From Myxococcota bacterium (GTDB lineage Bacteria; Myxococcota_A; UBA9042; PHBI01; JAWLBL01), in contig JAWLBL010000013.1 in NCBI GenBank assembly GCA_041687695.1, forward strand, positions 128,001 to 192,000: a DNA stretch of 64,000 nt. The letters are read 5' to 3'. Both the position numbers and the translations under genes were made by a program. This document shows positions 63,579-64,000 of the stretch, in pieces (position 1 is the first letter of the stretch; the number at the start of each line of letters is the position of its first letter). The notes beneath the pieces were generated by a model. It saw only the letters and a list, made by a program, of their open reading frames with translations. It was not told the origin of the DNA and ran no database searches.

Positions 63579-64000
63579 TCAGCGCTCGCGCAGGAGCGCC
63601 TCGAGCTCGGCCTCGACGTCGTCGACCGAGGCCGACTGCTGACCGGGCGGCAGCGCCGCGGGCTGGGCGGCGGGGGCCACGCCCATCTTGGCCTTGAGGG
63701 CCGCGAGCGCGTCGTCCTGCGCGACGTCCGAGGAGCTGAGGGCGTCGAACTGCTTGGACAGCGAGTCGGTGTCGAGGTCGCCCGAGAGCTCGAGCGCGGC
63801 CTGCGCCTCGGCCTCGGCGCGGTCGACCTTCTCCTCCATGCGCGAGAAGGTGTCGAAGGCGCTGTTGTCCTTCATCCCCGCCATGGTGTCCTGGATCTTC
63901 TTCTGCGCCTCGGCCCGCTTCTGGCGCGCGATGAGGAGGTTCTTCTTGCGCGAGGCCTCCTCGATCTTCTTGTTGAGCGCCGTCAGGGCGTCCCGCAGCT
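63579..64000 (-). CDS. pspA: PspA/IM30 family protein (3' part only)
   Basis: KIEEASRKKNLLIARQKRAEAQ, AFDTFSRMEEKV...EAEA.A..EL, LAALKAKM. Confidence 0.9.
   Translation of the reverse strand, partial: LRDALTALNKKIEEASRKKNLLIARQKRAEAQKKIQDTMAGMKDNSAFDTFSRMEEKVDRAEAEAQAALELSGDLDTDSLSKQFDALSSSDVAQDDALAALKAKMGVAPAAQPAALPPGQQSASVDDVEAELEALLRER

Overview
Very GC-rich bacterial chromosomal window. Gene content points to Myxococcota or a related deltaproteobacterial lineage (inference from CdnL/CarD, FHA-GGDEF, Cys-rich lipoproteins, a MYXO-CTERM-like motif and a Myxococcus-type LexA box). Most of it is core housekeeping: arfB, hrcA-grpE, bamD, cdnL, dtd, imuA-imuB, sppA, cysS, def-fmt, tRNA-Gln-rplY-pth-hppA-rpsF-rpsR-rplI, prmA-rsmE, secA-ribF-aroE, a pabB-like gene and partial pspA. 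Interspersed are a signalling block (3-11 kb) and a 10 kb run of three Cys-rich repeat lipoproteins (27-37 kb). I saw no CRISPR array, transposase, integrase or phage genes. The most unusual observation is the 1385-aa ORF at 10921-15078. It has an N-terminal lipobox, then an internal MYXO-CTERM-like sorting signal followed directly by a second lipoprotein signal peptide, with no stop or canonical start between them, which suggests one precursor yielding two surface-anchored proteins. Other points: a LexA-boxed imuA-imuB pair with a 242-nt overlap and no adjacent dnaE2, a probable CTG-initiated pabB, several catalytically degenerate enzyme homologues, a tandem duplication of the secA 3' end plus terminator, and an S6:S18 leader. 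All calls are from motif recognition by eye; no searches were run.
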